Source of the DNA: Thelocarpon superellum
Lineage: Eukaryota
Assembly: GCA_026025795.1 (NCBI GenBank)
Contig: JAPEUG010000084.1
Location: 1-52,159 of the forward strand
Length of the DNA stretch: 52,159 bases
Reading direction: 5' to 3'
The first letter of the stretch is position 1. Every line of letters begins with the position of its first letter. Positions 49,671 through 52,159 of the stretch are shown here, piece by piece. The notes under the pieces were generated by a model. It did not search any database. It was not told where the DNA came from and was given only the letters and a program-made list of their open reading frames with translations. A program made the translations under genes and the position numbers.

Positions 49671-51485
49671 ATGCCGCCGGCAAGCGTCAGGGCAGACGGC
49701 CTCTGGCACTGCTTGTGTCCTTCACTATATCCCATACTGCGGCATGGGATCAGTGCGGCGCCTCGACGGATTGCATGGCGTGCAACATGGCGGCCCAGAC
49801 GACAATCCCTTCGCTGGCCCGCATGCTCAAGAAGCTATGCCGCCAGCAGCACATACCGCCCGAACGTTCGAGTCCACAGCGAAGCGGCAGTCATTGGACT
49901 TCGGCCTCATACGCGCGTGCAGAAAAGACAACCACACGATGACTCGCCGTTGGCGTCTTCGTCCATCGAAGAGCTCTACGAGCAGATGCAGCTGCTGGCT
50001 CTGAGGGGCCAGCTGGAACGCGTGGTCGAGCATGTACGGTACCTAGTGAAAGACCGTCATGAGAAGCCCAACCTAAAACTGTACTCGGCGCTACTACTGG
50101 GTCACATAGATCCGGCGCATGGATCTGTGGAGGGCATGTTGAAGCTACTGGCCGAGATGAAAGAACACGGGATTGCTCCTGATGCCGGGGCATACCACAA
50201 CATCCTCAAGGTATGAGGCCTCTCAACACCTGATAGGCTTCCACTCTAACCTCTTGCTAGGTTCTGGCGGTACATCCTGACTACCTCGTGCGTGATCAGA
50301 TCCTCGATGACATGCGTCGGCGGTGGTTCGAGCTGAACTCGGACGGCTGGCACGACCTGGTGGTGGGCCTTCTACGGGACCGGAACTTGGAGCTGGCCAA
50401 GGAGAAGCTGGAACACATGCAGCGAGAGGGGATGAAGGTGCAGACCTGGCTCTATGACACCTTTACCTATGTGCTCCTTGGGAGGGAGGAGATTGATGAA
50501 GCGATGGCCATGTTGAAATACCGCATCGTGGAAGAAGGCGGTGCCATCTCTGCCAACGTGTGGTATGCTCTACTAGACACCGCCAGTCGTTGCTATCACG
50601 TACGTTGCATCTCCCACCGCGACTTTCACGTCTCACACGTTGCAGTACGCCGGCACAGTTTACGCATGGAGGAAAGAGGTGGAACCAAACCACGTCCACC
50701 CTGCCGACGGCATCTGTATCAACGTCCTGAACACGGCATCCCGGGTTGGGGACTGCGATCTAGCGATGGACGTGTTCCGGATCTTGGGCAACCGAAGCTT
50801 TCGATTCGAGCTAAACCACTACGAAGCGCTCCTGGAAGCATATCTCGTCAACAAGGACCTCAAGACGGCCCTCACCATCCTCAGCATCATGAAAAGCGCC
50901 GGGCTTGAACCCGACGAAGGCACCACACGCTCACTGGTAAGGGATCTACGGCAACGACGAGACCGACCCGCTCAAGCCATGGGCATGCTCTCCACGCTGC
51001 ACTCCGAGAATCGGCCCATCCCCACCGCAGCCGTCAACGCGATCATCGAAGCCAGCATCGCGCTTGACCAGCTCGACGAGGGCATCCAGCACTACCGCGC
51101 GCTACACAGCCTATGCTCCGACGGACCGAACACGAGCACCTTCAACACCATCTTCCGAGGCTGCACATATGCGCGGCGCAAAGACCTCGCTCTCTTCCAT
51201 GCGGCCGAGATGCGGGCGCTCAAGATCCAACCGTCTGCATTGACGCTGGACCGACTGGTGCTCGTGTGTCTGCAGGAGCCGGACTACGACGACGCCTTCC
51301 GCTACATGGGCGAGATGACGGCGCGGAAATGGCCGCTCCGGCCGGGCACGTCCATGGCGCTTATCCGACGCTGCGTTGAGGCTCGGGACGAGCGCGTGTG
51401 GGATTTGATCGCCAGGCGCGGAATGGATCGCGTCGAGGCGGACAAGTTGAGGGCATGGGTCAGGGCGCAGTGGGAGCAGACTTGA
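49671..51485 (+). CDS. Mitochondrial pentatricopeptide repeat protein
   Basis: Repeated PPR-like motifs (KPNLKLYSALL, MKEHGIAPDAGAYHNIL, MKSAGLEPDEGT, GPNTSTFNTIF, MRALKIQPSALT) and an Arg-rich presequence. Introns at 50211-50260 and 50600-50645. Confidence 0.88.
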
Positions 51486-51601
51486 CTCGACTTGACTAGG
51501 CTGGTCTTGACTTGACTTGACGCGACGCTATGGGACATGCATCACCCGTCATATATGTGGTATCTCGTCATGTCAATCAGTTCGATTGATTGATACCTGG
51601 T

Positions 51602-52159
51602 TCACGACGGAGGCAGCGCGGGCGTAGATGGTTTCGTTGGCGGCGTGAGTACGTCGGGCGTGGCGGTTAATTCGTCTGCGATCCTCGCTTCTTGCTGACG
51701 TGGCTCCGGCTGCGTCTTCGTCTCTGGCTGGTCATCGGTCTTCCCTTCTATCCATTTCCCCTCCCCCTCCCCGTCCCTCCCCGTTGCTCCCTCCCGCTCT
51801 GCTTCCGCTTCCACCTTATGCTCTGCTTCGCTTTCGGCCTCACGCACCCTCACGCCAGCCGGACTCTCCGTGCGCCCGCCCAGTTCCCTGTCTTCTTTCT
51901 CACGACGCAGCTCGTCGCCCCCTTTCCAGTCCGCGGCCGGCATCTGCGCGACCTCTTCGCCGGGCGCCGGCTCGGGGATGCTGACGTCGCGTACTGGGCC
52001 GTCCTCGTGTACTTTCCACACCACGGCCAGTCGATCCAGTGCTCGTGTCCCCTTCTGCACACTTCCTTTTAATCCGTCCATCTTGTCCCATTCTATCTCG
52101 AACACGCCGCTGTTGGCCGGAATGGCTCTTTCGCTGGCGGTGGTGGTGGTGGTGGTGGT
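51602..52159 (-). CDS. 3' end of an unidentified gene (continues beyond window)
   Basis: Frame is open from the window edge (poly-Thr from an ACC repeat) through GVFEIEWDKMDGLKGSVQKGTRALDRLAVVWKV and an acidic disordered tail, to TGA at 51604-51602. Confidence 0.65.
   Translation of the reverse strand, partial: TTTTTTTASERAIPANSGVFEIEWDKMDGLKGSVQKGTRALDRLAVVWKVHEDGPVRDVSIPEPAPGEEVAQMPAADWKGGDELRREKEDRELGGRTESPAGVRVREAESEAEHKVEAEAEREGATGRDGEGEGKWIEGKTDDQPETKTQPEPRQQEARIADELTATPDVLTPPTKPSTPALPPS

Noticed and set aside
51480..51525. Stop-codon readthrough to a peroxisomal signal after the PPR gene (TGA CT context within a CTTGA repeat)
   Set aside because: The context is TGA CTC rather than TGA CTA, and the extension ends LVLT*, which is not a PTS1.

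Overview
Eukaryotic DNA from a GC-rich filamentous ascomycete (Pezizomycotina). Evidence: short GT-AG introns with CTRAY branch sites and strongly GC3-biased codons, which also produce many spurious antisense ORFs. The window is a gene-dense, mostly housekeeping segment with 17 protein-coding genes, whose exons I joined by hand. In order: an intronless Cys-rich secreted protein of unknown function, IRC3, BST1, STU1/CLASP, an SSU1/MAE1-type TDT transporter, L-2-hydroxyglutarate dehydrogenase, VPS52, eIF5A, RRN7, ubiquitin-RPL40, a Yip5/YIPF1-like protein, GYP8/TBC1D20, a 15-intron Mms1/DDB1-like propeller gene, eIF5B, a PY-motif type I membrane protein, LSM4 and a PPR protein. The 3' end of one further unidentified gene runs off the window. 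I found no tRNA, rRNA, CRISPR array, intact transposon or biosynthetic cluster, and I cannot support a new multi-gene system. The best leads are: the secreted protein with a pore-former-like hydrophobic hairpin; four back-to-back hairpins downstream of IRC3; an ATG split by an intron plus a 7-nt micro-exon in the ubiquitin-RPL40 gene; a decayed secreted-protein gene at about 40.2-41.0 kb; and a competing unproductive splice acceptor in LSM4. All family assignments come from motif recognition, not database searches.
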